DNA of 39,670 nt from Asterionella formosa (taxonomy: Eukaryota). The stretch spans positions 1 to 39,670 of the forward strand of contig NKIB01014897.1 of the NCBI GenBank assembly GCA_002256025.1, read 5' to 3'. Shown in pieces: positions 1 to 11,389 of the stretch; the stretch's first letter is position 1, and each line of letters starts with the position of its first letter. The notes under the pieces were generated by a model, which was not told the DNA's origin, ran no database searches, and saw only the letters and a list, made by a program, of their open reading frames with translations. The translations under genes and the position numbers were made by a program.

Positions 1-47
1 GAAAACCGAGGGGCAATTGGTGTCTGTTGTCTTGCCAAAATGCGAAC

Positions 48-156
48 ATATGAAATATACAAAATATATTTTAATGATGGGCAATATCGGACCTTTGGCA
101 ATTTTCGAGGTGAAGATAGGAAATATATGAAATATATTTTACATGATGGGCAATAG
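48..156. repeat. Imperfect direct repeat (ATATGAAATATA...TTT(T)A(C)ATGATGGGCAATA x2), possibly subterminal repeats of a transposon running off the left edge
   Basis: Two similar ~36-40 bp AT-rich units at about 48-88 and 121-156, both ending ATGATGGGCAATA. Confidence 0.55.
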
Positions 157-233
157 TAGGCTAAAATTGACATCTATGCTAAATTTGTGGGCAGTAGGTA
201 AGCGAATGACGCGACGATAGCTAGAGCGGGAAT

Positions 234-430
234 TGCCTCAACAATACCCTTCTCGGCGGCTACTTGCCTTCTCGTATACATGTGTACTCGACTGGGATTG
301 CACTCGTAGGGTGACCTTCTCGCAGCGCCGGGGGCGCCACTCGTACGGTCAACCTACTCGCGCCACCTAGCCTCGAACACATGTATACTCGCAGGCAAGA
401 GACCACCTCGGGCGTGTATTGCCTTCAGCA
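234..430 (-). other. Long imperfect fold-back (RNA or ssDNA hairpin) with periodically spaced CGAG/CGAG tandem G.A motifs
   Basis: CTCG occurs at 252, 271, 287, 303, 319, 340, 357, 372, 388 and 407. The spacers are pairwise reverse-complementary around a centre at ~330 (e.g. TATACATGTGT 275-285 / ACACATGTATA 377-387). Most non-Watson-Crick positions are G.U on the minus strand. Confidence 0.8.
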
Positions 431-3400
431 CACATCGATGCATAAGCAGCACAGTACACCTCCTGTTACGAGTAAGGAACCGATGTTTGTAACCGGTACT
501 CCACCGTCGTGGTGCTGGCACGAGGTACCTGGTACCTGGTATAACATTTCACTTCGTGATATCTCAACACTGTACTATCCGAACATCCGTTACTCCTTAC
601 TTACCAATAGTAGCAGCTACCTAGCGGTAATATTACGGTACCAGGTACCTTCTATTGAATGGTTGCTACGGTACCGGTAGGTATCCTGGCGGTAAATATC
701 TAAATCGCTTCCTCGGTAAATTATTTCCATGCAAAATTTACATTAAATCTTGACATGTTGGTTCTTTTATCGACCATGATGAATTCGAATCTCATGGTAT
801 TAATATAACAGGAGGCCAATTTGAAACAGCAAGCATGGCTGCTTCAATGTAACAGATTAGGTGTGTATCAATCAAATCCGGAGGTAAGGTCCTTTCCTTA
901 TTTTTGGTGTAACGATTGCTTTTTTCGATCTGCCTTCGTCTATCCCAATCTTTTTTCCTGTTGTTGTTGTAGTTGACGTCAAGGAAAGCTTCATGATATC
1001 CACACAAGCACACACACATCATAATGATCCTAAACTACTGATATAATGAGTCGGACTGTAAAGTGACCGACACCAAACTTGTTTTTGAATGATTTGTGGA
1101 AGAAAGGAAGCTTTTGTAACGCTCTGCTTCAACGGCAGCACTCAGTGCAACGTATAGTACACACGAACATGTAAATACCCAAATGAAGACTCCAACTTAG
1201 GACACCTTCAGAACCCCTCTCGGGGTTATGAGAACAAACTTGTTGTTATTCTTTGATATCTGATGGGTTGAGTCTATTGTACTACATGCTGTATACTTAG
1301 TGTTTGGTACAAAAGAGAGGGGCGATGACGACACTTTCTACAGCACCCATACCGTGCTTTTTCATGGGATGATGGTTGCAAATTACAACTTTAATATACC
1401 CCGAGCTCCTCTTCTTCTTTTCGATTTTTCAATCCTTCCTTCCTTGCTTGCTGCTAACCACTGCCATTTTGCTTGAAAACGATTCAATTCGCCACAGGTT
1501 ACGGAAGTTATGGCCGATGTTCTTCGAGCAATGAATCAGACCATTGATGTTTTATCTTTGTTGCGCAATCACTCTGTAATACTTCAAGCCTTCTAACTGT
1601 ATAGAAAACAGAAACATAACTATCAGCAAGTCATCCTTGAAACAATTGATGCCCATCTCCTTACATGACTTATTTTTACAACTCAGAGTTGATTTGCACA
1701 TTTGCAGTGCTGTGTCACATTCCATATAGCACTTAAATGTAATCCCTGTGCACTCTCAGGACCATTCTTCTTATCATTTTTGGTAGGGCAACACATTATT
1801 TGAACAAGCATCATGCCATGGCTACTTGATTTAAACTGAAAATATTCATTCTCCATGTGAAAAAATAAAATTTATATCACCCAAAAGTATCACAAACATT
1901 CAACTTCAGTTACAGGCTGGCTACAATTATTTGCTTCTTCCTCCAGCCTAATTTGATAATTATCCAGCACTCAAGCATGTAGGGAATCTATGCAGAAATG
2001 TACAAGTATAGAATCTATAGTTGATACTCCTAGTACTTGAATCTATCTACATTGACCTACTCATATATTTATGATGTACAGAATATACATATTAATCATT
2101 CTGTTTAATTCTTGATTGCCAATGTAGTAACATCCTGCTATGCTTGACTTTTTATATTCCTTGTCTTGTAGCTTGTTTCAATTCATACTGCGACAAAATA
2201 TTCTGAAGCTCACATTGTTATTTCCTTTGGTATTACATCTCAGCCGTGTATTACATGAAGTGATGTTCACATAATATGCGGCTTGTTGATGTTGAGAAGG
2301 CAGGGATTTTGAGACATCTGTAAGGACATTGCAAGACAAAGAGAAGCCGTTTATTCAGAAAGGAAAAATTATTCACTCTTGAACAGGCATCATTGCACGA
2401 AGTTGCAACATTAATGCATCACACACTGGCTTCCTTCTTGTCCTTGAAATGACTTCTTCATTGACCTGCAAAGATTTACATAAAAACAGTGTGTCAGTAA
2501 TTCATATGATAGAACTAGCAACGGCAGAAAGCAACACACAGATGTGTTAGTATTCAACTGTTTCTCAGGGCAGTCGAATTGAAACAACAAACTGGCATGA
2601 GCCAGCCAGACAGCACCAAAACTCACTGATGTGTTCAAAAGAATGTTCCTGTTGTGAAATGGACGGCTAAAATGTAAAATAAATGTAGAGAACAACAATA
2701 GAACCATGTGATTTATCGCTCGCTTTGCTGATACAATGACAAAAACTGAAGATTGAGCTTACCTTAAAGGTCTCCATTACGGGTCTCCATATTGTATCAT
2801 TTCACCTTCTATCAATCATGCTATCGAAAGAACACTCCTTTTCTGAAAAGGCCTGTTCAAATGTCAAATGAATGTTGAAAACAACAGCATATCAGTATGA
2901 GTTATCCCTCACTTGGTGATATGCTGATGGCAAAAATAGCAAGAAAATAAATCTTACCTCAAAAACATTGATTGCTTACGATCTCAATGTTGCATCATTC
3001 CACCTTGTGTCGTTGCAACAAACAATATGTGAGTTCTTCGCTGATGAAGGATTTGTTAATGGTGAGGCACTGAAAAGCTAGAAGGGGGATGCCGGAAACA
3101 TCCAACTCCCCAAAACAACAGCAATGATATGGATGCTTCTTAAAGCGACATGGAAACAGCAATGACCCACAATGCAATGGACATGGAATGATTGACTATG
3201 AAGTTATACAATAACGATGACAATTCCAATGATGACGCCATGGAACTCCAAAAACCCTAGCTAGATTTGTAAAAAAAGTAAGCATAAAGCATAAAATAGC
3301 CACTGGAGCCGACAGCAAAATTTTTCGATTATTACAATTGCGATGGCTAATTGGTAAAAGATTATTGTTGCTAACACACATAATTATTGTTTTGAACACA

Positions 3401-4429
3401 TAATTATTCGATAAGTGAAACAAATTTTGTTTTAATATTTATATATAGATTATGGTTTGACCCAAATACATTCCGAAAAAAGTGCCATGATATCATTGTA
3501 GAAAAGTGACAAAAATACTTCACTTTAGATATAATTTCGAAAAAGGGCCGTAAATGGCGTCTTCGATGTACAATCAGAACGAAGCCTGCATAGCAACTAC
3601 AACTACCAACTATTGAAAGAACTTTCCAGGGATACAGTTGAAGCCCAGAGTTGTAGATTCAATGTTATGATGCTAAAGGATGGCTGGAAAACGATGTCCC
3701 CATGACGCCAGGGAAGGATCAATCCCTCTAACAATAGAATCCGACTTCCCCTTTCTCCGCAAGGGTTGCACCACCACAACTTGGATATGCAGCGGCGAAA
3801 CGACCAATCACAACAGAATCATAAGGAGGTCTCTACATTAACCGCTACCACAAAATCTTTAAAGCTTGCACCCGCTACAACACTACTTCACAAGCATCAG
3901 AGACAAAAAGTCAATGAACTCTCTCGATCGTCAGCCTGTATCCAAAACCATGCCTCCTTCCAATGCCGTAGAACCCATCGCTACCAGCAGGTATTTCCCA
4001 ACCTAGCTTCGCCTCCAGCCGACCAGCTACGCCAAGAGCTACACACACCGGAACCAAGCAACAACTCGATAGAAATCCCAGCCTCCATTGTGGATGAAAC
4101 AGACCTGAACAGGCACCACGGCAGCGGCCCAGACATTATTAACCGATAACAGGAGCAGAATTCAGCGGGAATACAAGATGGAAGTGAACAACGTGCAAGC
4201 TAACCCCACGGTTGTCAATCCAAGCAAATAGCAGGCGCCTACATTCACAATATCTCTACCTATTTCAAATGTCGACTTTTGTATATCCCTCAAGATTAAC
4301 CGAAGTGATGAATCCGCCAACGATAAAACCATCATATACATCATCCGAACAGTTTTTAAAGCTATCCTGAAGGCCTTTCCAGAGGCAGCAGTTGTTTCCT
4401 CTGACATCAACAACTCTCTGTCGCCCATC

Positions 4430-5473
4430 ATGTGTGCTACAGAAAACCTACCAGAGACTATGGAAACACGAGCAATTAAAAGATATATCCACAAAGTTGT
4501 GATGATTTTTCACGGAATGCTTCACATTACAGTTGCTCCAAATATGAATATTTTATCTCATGCTCATCTACAAAAGGTGGCAAAGAAGCATCCTCTCTTA
4601 TCTTTGACCAAAGCTGTCTTTGGAAAATCTCTGTTGGTAATGGTTGGCATTCTATCATGTTACTTGCTGCCGAGCTGAAGCGCTTGTAAGGACATAATGT
4701 TAGTTTGAGCATTGCTTGTGCAACAAGGTGTAGTAGCTTGTTGGTGCACACCACAAAATATTATGCATTGTTGCGTCACCCACAAGGCGCAAAACAGTCG
4801 CCATGTACTTAGTGTCATGCAGGAGTAACTCCAGTACATTAACACACAGTTTCTTGACTAAGGGGCGAATCATTGTCCAAGTATTGTAAATTTAGATGAA
4901 ACAAACATGTATTTCGATATTTCCTGTTATTTCAAGCTAGTTGAAAAAGGTGCACAAACCATCAGTTTACGCACCAATGGCAGCAGCATGTGTTGTACAG
5001 TGTTTTGGGCGTTTCAATGTCTGGAGAGAATCTTTCTCATCTTGTTGTTTTCAAAGGAGCACCTGACGCCAGGAATGATCCAAAGGGAATTCAGCAATCA
5101 AAAGCTTGCATATCCCCTACAGATGGTTAATTGTTGTTAGCCAAAGGGTTGGGTCAATGAGTCAGTGTTAGCTCTTTGAATTGTTTGGAAAGTTAGGAAG
5201 CCATGGGCAATCAGCCATGATTTTCAACCAAGCTACCTGCTAATGGACGAGTTCTAGATGCATTTGATGGCGAAAAGCCTTAACATAATGAAGTACTGTG
5301 GAACTGCTGTGGATTTGATTTGTGGAGGTTATAACTCCAAAATTGATGGTGAAGCGACAGGATGTCGTTCAGTGGTTCTGGACAGCTTGGGAGAAGGTTT
5401 CTCAATCCACCATTTTAAACACTTGGAATTCAGTCATTTACATTGCAAGCAATTGATGACTACATGTAAGTAA
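4430..5473 (+). pseudogene. Decayed pogo/Tc5 (DDE_1, Tc1-mariner superfamily) transposase
   Basis: Motifs spread across frames with stops and frameshifts: VTHKAQN (~4776), IVNLDETNMYFD (4883-4918, first catalytic Asp), KGAQTISLRTNGSS..CTV, VVFKG, PKGWVN, YLLMDEF*MH (second Asp, ~5240), ICGGYNSK. Boundaries are approximate. Confidence 0.8.
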
Positions 5474-5753
5474 AAAATGTGTAGCATTTGACTAGAAATA
5501 GAACATTATGGTCTGTTTAAGTATGCTCTAGTGTATTTTATTGATTTTTAGAAGTAATTTCATGGTATTAATGCAAAATAGCTCAAGTTGCAACTATCTG
5601 AGTTGAATTTTTGTGTTGAAGCTAGCTAGTAGAACCATAATCGACATGAATCACTAAATAGAGTCTATTAAGAATGGTTCTACAATGTTGTAACATACAT
5701 AGTATTGAATGCATTTCTATAGCGTTATTGGGAGCTGCTACAAAAATCTATTC

Positions 5754-6171
5754 CTAGCCTTGAATATCCTCCATCAAGCAGAATGATGCCATTCCAGCAT
5801 CTTGCTTGCTCCTTTCTTTCTCATCTTTGAATTTTCATGTAAATCACACAGCACTAGGACCTGTGCAAACACGTCGAAACATAGCGTAGTCTTTGCGAAG
5901 GCAACGCAGCAACTTCCCTGCTGAGAAAACCAACAGTGCAAATTTCTGTGCCATCCTCGATGAGGACAGGACCTTTGATCATCTCCAAGAATGGTTTGCC
6001 TGATCTATCCTCCACAACAGCCACCAGCTTGAACCTAATAACATCATCATGCTTGACCACCTTCCCACAGCATTCATGTTGCTCACATGAGCACCCAGTA
6101 TTGGATGTATTCAGTCCAAGCAGCTCCCCATCACAGAGACCATTGATCACTGCTGGTCTTGTTGTTGACAT
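5754..6171 (-). pseudogene. Frameshifted small transposon-accessory gene (HIRAN-like, G-x-S-C-x2-H-x2-C-G ... C-x-V-G-F-L-x-R)
   Basis: ATG at 6171 (MSTTRP...LLGL...GCSCEQHECCG...DDVIRF...IEDGTEICTVGFLSRE). It continues in shifted frames as FAQVLVLCDLHENSKMRKK and AGMASFCLMEDIQG* (TAG 5754-5756). It converges on the transposase relic. The HIRAN resemblance is from pattern recall only. Confidence 0.55.
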
Positions 6172-7187
6172 GATAATTACCGGTATTTTACAGGTGTATA
6201 TGTGTGCTGTTTGTACCACCGGTATTTAACATGGTACCTGGTACCAGGTACCAGGGTAGCGTCACTCAATTTCCGCCAGGATGCATAATCAAAATAATAG
6301 AACGTTACTTTATCCATCATGGCTGTCTAGAAAAATTTGGGTGTTTGGTGCCACCTCGAAAAAATGTACGGGGGGGGGGCAGGACAACGAAGTTTACGGT
6401 ACCAGGTACAAGGTACCTGGTACTGGTATCTGGTAACCTACCGGTATATTAATTCTTTGTCACTGTGTTAATTCATACATACTGATAGTGTACGATGCAT
6501 ACGTAGGAATACCGGTAATCTCCTTGACTACTGGAGCTAATTCTGCAACCAGGTTCCAGGGGTACCCTGGTACCATGGTAGGTACCAGGTACCTGGTACC
6601 AGCTCCCGGTCACTTTTGCCCTCATGATCAGCCAATTAACGGTGTTTATTAATCCACAGGACGAGCGAGGCGGCGGTCGAGCTGACGCACCGAAAGCGAG
6701 CGAAGTCCAGACGAACTCGTCATAGGCCGCCAGTCCAGAAGTCTTTTTCTTGCTGTACATTTGCATTTGCTTCCATGTGAATTAATGCTTGCTTGGTTGA
6801 AAACCGCGTGCAAGCAATGATGGGAATATATTATGCATGCAATGATATATATGGGGAGTATCGACACATTTTCGTTTCCCTAAAACTCTGCACGAGAGGT
6901 AAGACTAACGGTAGTGAGCCAAGGAGTGACTCCCTCCCTACTAGACGGAATAGAATGGCCTTAGGGACGGCAACGAGCGGTTTCGATTGCTCTGGAGCTG
7001 CTTAAAGTGTTTGAGCGATAGATTCGAATCTGACGAACAACGAGAACGATGATTCTGTGACAAACGTGTCATTTTCGAGGATCAGACCTCTGATGCGTGC
7101 GCTAACTTGACCTGCTTGCTTTCCTCCCCTTCTTCTCAGTTCTCACAGGGTCAGCCGACTTTCTTTGTCAATTCATATATTGTCACC

Positions 7188-10100
7188 ATGTCGATTGAAG
7201 CCAAGATGGAGAGCCTCTCCCTCGGAGACGACGCAGCAATTATCGCTGCTATCAAGGCGGAGGGTGTTGAAAAATCTGGATTTGCTTCCAGTATCGACAT
7301 TCTCAAGGCCAAGTGCGCTTCTGACACGGAAGCTGACGCCCTTGCTGGCCTTGCTACTGTCAAGGCCCTTGCCGAGGGATGCCCGGAAGCTGAAGCCTTC
7401 AACAAAGAGTGCCTCACTGCATGTAAGTTTAAATCTTGGGAAGTCCCATTTTCACGCCTGGAAGAATTGGTGGTCAGAAACGGCCTGTGTTGGAGGGACC
7501 TTCAATTTTGCGTTTCCCGGCCCTGTCGATCAGGAAAAACTATGCAGCGAACCCCCAATAATTGGCACGTTCATGGTTAACTCGGCCCTCTGTTGGTGGC
7601 CTGATCGTGGGAAGAATCTTGGAAGTCTGTTCTGTGAATCTAAGAGAAAGTCGCGAAGATGGACTAATTTTCATCCACTCGCATGACAAACCTTTGTAAC
7701 TCTCTTTACATGGCATGCACTCACCGTTTCCCTTTTCTTTTTATGACAGGTCTTGAGCAAGTTGTCTCGAAGAGCGCTGAAGTTCGCAAGGCTGCTGAAC
7801 TTACTGCCTTTGCTATTTGCGAGAATATCAACCCATTTGCGATGAAGTCGCTCCTTCCTATGCTTTTTGCTAAGCTACCCGTCGAACAAAAGTGGCAGAT
7901 TCGTGAGCTAGCCCTCAAGTGCTTCACTTGCTTCAACAAGAACGCACCACGCCAGCTTGGAAATGCCCTTCCTGAGGTCGTCCCAGAAATTACTGCATGC
8001 ATGTGGGACACCAAGAAACAGATCAAGGTGGCGTCGACTGAAGCCATGCGCGCCGCGTGTAGTGTCATTGGGAACAAAGATATTGAACACATGACTGGCA
8101 ACATCCTACTCGCCATTACCACTCCGAAGGAAGTACCTGAGATCATGCACAAAATGGCTGGAGTTACTTTTGTCCAGTCTGTGGAGTGTCCTGCTCTTGC
8201 CATGGTTGTTCCGCTCTTGCTTCGTGGACTTCGTGAGAAGACTATCGCTACCAAGCGTCAGTCAGCTGTCATTATCAACAATATGAGTAAGCTTGTCGAT
8301 AACCCACTTGACGCCGCTCCGTTCCTTCCTCTCCTTCTACCTGCCCTCGAGACAAACGCAACCAGTATCTCCGACCCTGAGGCTCGCGAGGTCACCGATA
8401 GAGCTGTTCAACAGCTCAAGCGTCTCAAGGCGTTGTCCGATAAGCAGGCTGCCGTCCGTGGAGACTCATCCAAGGTTGGCGAAGAGTTCAAGAAGGCCCT
8501 TGGTGCTGCCGATATCTCCCTCAATCTCAATAAGGTTATCTCCCATGCTGCCGTTGTCGCTTCTTGCATGATGGATCTTCATTTCATGGAAGATCTTCAG
8601 TGGGAGAAGCAGGTCGCCAGTCAGTTCAGTGGATACTTCGCTAAAGACATTTGTAGCAAGGCTTCAGAGACTGTGCGCGAGGAAGCAGAGAAAATGCTCA
8701 TCGTCCCCGACGAGGATGAAGAAGAGGATGACGCTGAGGAACTATGCAACTGCATGTTCACCCTTGCCTATGGTACTAAGATTCTTTTGCACAATACGAA
8801 AATGAGACTCATGCGTGGAAAACGTTATGGACTTCTCGGTGGAAACGACTCCGGAAAGACTACTCTGATGAGGGCAATATCCAAAAACCAGGTTGAAGGT
8901 TTCCCCGATTCTGCTGATGTGCGCACTGTCTTTGTTGAGGCTGATATCCAAGGAGAACAGTCCCATTTGTCATGTGTTGAATATGTCTGTGTTGATCCTA
9001 AGATCCAGGCCTTGAACATTACAGTGGACGAAGTCCGTGCCGTCATGGCAACCGTCGGCTTCACGCCTGATGGAAAGGCCAAGCCTGACCACGCTGTATC
9101 AACTCTCTCTGGAGGATGGCGCATGAAGCTTGCTCTTGCCCGTGCCATGCTTCAAAAGGCTGATATCCTTCTTCTTGATGAGCCTACCAATCACTTGGAT
9201 GTCATCAACGTTGCTTGGGTCAAGACTTACCTCAACTCGTTGACAAATGTAACTTGTATCATTGTGTCTCATGACTCCGGTCTCCTCAATGATTGCTGTA
9301 CCAACATTCTTTCCATTGACAACTTGAAACTTCGTTCATTCAAGGGTAACCTCGACGAGTATGTCAAGACCAACCCTAATGCCCGTGCTTACTTCACCTT
9401 CTCGGAGTCAAAGAAGACTTTCAAGTTCCCGCAGCCTGGTCCTATCGAGGGTGTTAAGTCAAAAGGAAAGGCCCTCATGAAGATTTCCAACAGCACCTTC
9501 ACTTATCCAGTGAACCAGACACCTACGCTTTTTGACATAACTGTCCAGGTGTCTTTGTCTTCTCGTGTGGCGTGCATTGGTGAGAACGGGGCCGGAAAAT
9601 CGACCATGATCAAGCTATTGGTTGGTGAAATCGAGCCCCAGATTGGAGAAGTTTGGAAGCACCCCAACGCTCGTGTTGCCTATGTTGCCCAGCACGCGTT
9701 CCATCACATTGAGTCTCATTTGGACAAGACTCCTAATGAGTACATCAGATGGCGTTACGCCAACAATGGTGAGGACAAGGAGTCGTTGGTCAAGGTTACA
9801 TTGCAATTCACTCCTGAAGAAGAGAAGCTCCAGAAGACTCCTTTTGAAATCCAATTTACGGACGAAGAATCCGGAAAGGTCACCAAGGTGAAGAAGATTG
9901 TTGGTGAACTTGTTGGTGGACGTAAGACCAACAAGAGCAAGGAATACGAGTACGAAGTCCGTTATGCTGGATCCAACGTTGACTCCGGCGATTACTTGCC
10001 TGCCAAGACTTTGAAGAAGATGGGATGGGACAAGGCCATGAAGGCTGTGGATCTCAAGATTGCTCAGCGTGCAGGACTTTACGTTCGACCTCTTTCCACC

Positions 10101-10634
10101 AAGAACGTCGAGCAACATTTGGAAGATTGCGGTTTGGGTCGTGAGTTCGGAACGCATTATCGTCTTTCTGCCCTTTCTGGGGGACAGAAGGTGAAGGTTG
10201 TGTTGGCCGCTGCGATGTGGAATCAACCCCACATTCTCATTTTGGATGAGCCTACCAACTACCTTGACCGCGAGTCTCTTGGAGCCCTTGCGGGTGCCAT
10301 TGAGACGTTCGATGGTGGAGTTGTCATCATCTCCCATAACAACGAGTTCTGCTCGAAGCTATGCCCTGAAACCTGGGTCATGGACGCTGGTCATCTTGAG
10401 ACCAAGGGAGATGCCGATTGGATGTTGAACCAAGATGTCAGAATTGCTGAACAAGCGCAGATTACTGAGGTAACTGATGCTGCCGGTAACGTGTCCGCTG
10501 TGAAGGGGCCTAAGAAAAAGCTCTCTAAGAAGGAAGAAAAGGTTATGATGAAGAAGGTCAAGACCAAGATCAAGGAGGGACTTACTCTTGACACTGATGA
10601 AGAAGAGTTTGCCTTTGAGAAGGACTTGTTGTAA
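7188..10634 (+). CDS. EF3: Translation elongation factor 3 (eEF3, ABC-F-related ATPase), ~1039 aa; exons 7188-7422 and 7750-10634
   Basis: N-terminal HEAT-type region (KWQ..., LPEVVPEITACMWDTK), ABC1 (GGNDSGKTT, LSGGWRMKLALARAML, LLLDEPTNHLD), ABC2 (GENGAGKST, chromodomain-like insert, LSGGQKVKVVLAAAMW, ILDEPTNYLD) and Lys-rich tail. The phase-1 intron GTAAGT(7423)...CAG(7749) joins the two ORFs in frame. Confidence 0.95.
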
Positions 10635-11389
10635 ACGTTTGCAGTTTACCAACTACTAGAATGGGGGAGGCTTTATGATGCTTTTTATATTTAGCTTTTT
10701 AATTAGAGAATATCAAAGGATAAAAGTAATCCCAAAGGTATGGACGTGTGTCAGTGTCGTTCGACTTGTTGCAATGCGACTGAATACTAGATGTGCCCAG
10801 TCTCCCCACACCTGGCTGCAGCTCAGCTACTGTAGTAACTGAACTACATCCTTCTTTAAGTCATAAAGAACGATGGTCGATTCCTCGCTGGACCCCCTCC
10901 TTTTCTTTGGCTTTTCGAATGCCCATTGGACTCGCACCTTGTTTTGAAACAGTACTTATTCATAAACTGCCATTTTGATGGATGATTGCTGTTCTAATGA
11001 GTTCTAAAAAAGAAATAAAGGGTATTCGAGAAGACTCTACCAGTTACCACCGCTCTTTTGCGAGTGTTCGGTTCTCTGTGATGCAGCCTAAAATGTAAGA
11101 GTGTATCCTGCTTGCTGGACTTCAAATGTATATATCATCAATGTCAAATACTATGAACATCAGGAATGTGCCGTATCAAAAATGATAAAGCTGAAAAATA
11201 ATAGGAGTATTTGTCCAATATATATCCTATGCACTTCTAGCCTACCGGATAATCTACTTTTGTGGTTAGCTAGGTTCATGAATAATGGGCATGTCAATAT
11301 AGTACCAGCGCGACTTGCACAACTACCGAGAATGTGATATGTTAAAAATAGCAAGAAGTAGCGATCAACAAATGGCTTGCCCACTTTGA

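Larger units (their letters stand above)
4430..6401. mobile_element. Degenerate two-gene pogo-like DNA transposon; right terminus probably at ~6399 followed by TA
   Basis: Transposase relic plus convergent accessory gene. The sequence ends ...GGACAACGAAGTTTACGG|TA, whose reverse complement TA|CCGTAAA resembles pogo-type TIR starts. No matching left TIR was found. Confidence 0.5.

Noticed and set aside
252..410. CRISPR-like repeat-spacer array (CTCG repeats with unique spacers)
   Set aside because: The repeat is only 4 nt, spacers are 11-17 nt and complementary to each other, no cas genes are present and the context is eukaryotic. A fold-back explains it better.
195..480. Hammerhead ribozyme around the fold-back
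   Set aside because: The nearest core-like motif is CUGAAGG, not CUGANGA, and no correctly placed GAAA or cleavage triplet was found.
780..3500. Possible decayed transposon genes (Cys-rich fragments near 1050-1480 on the minus strand)
   Set aside because: Many stops and frameshifts, and no motif I can assign to a family with confidence.
3766..4149. 127-aa ORF
   Set aside because: TTG start, low complexity, no recognisable domain; probably part of the decayed transposon.
9615..10337. 240-aa antisense ORF and other antisense/shifted ORFs within eEF3, the helicases, eIF3a and PP2C
   Set aside because: Shadow ORFs produced by the codon bias of the real genes.
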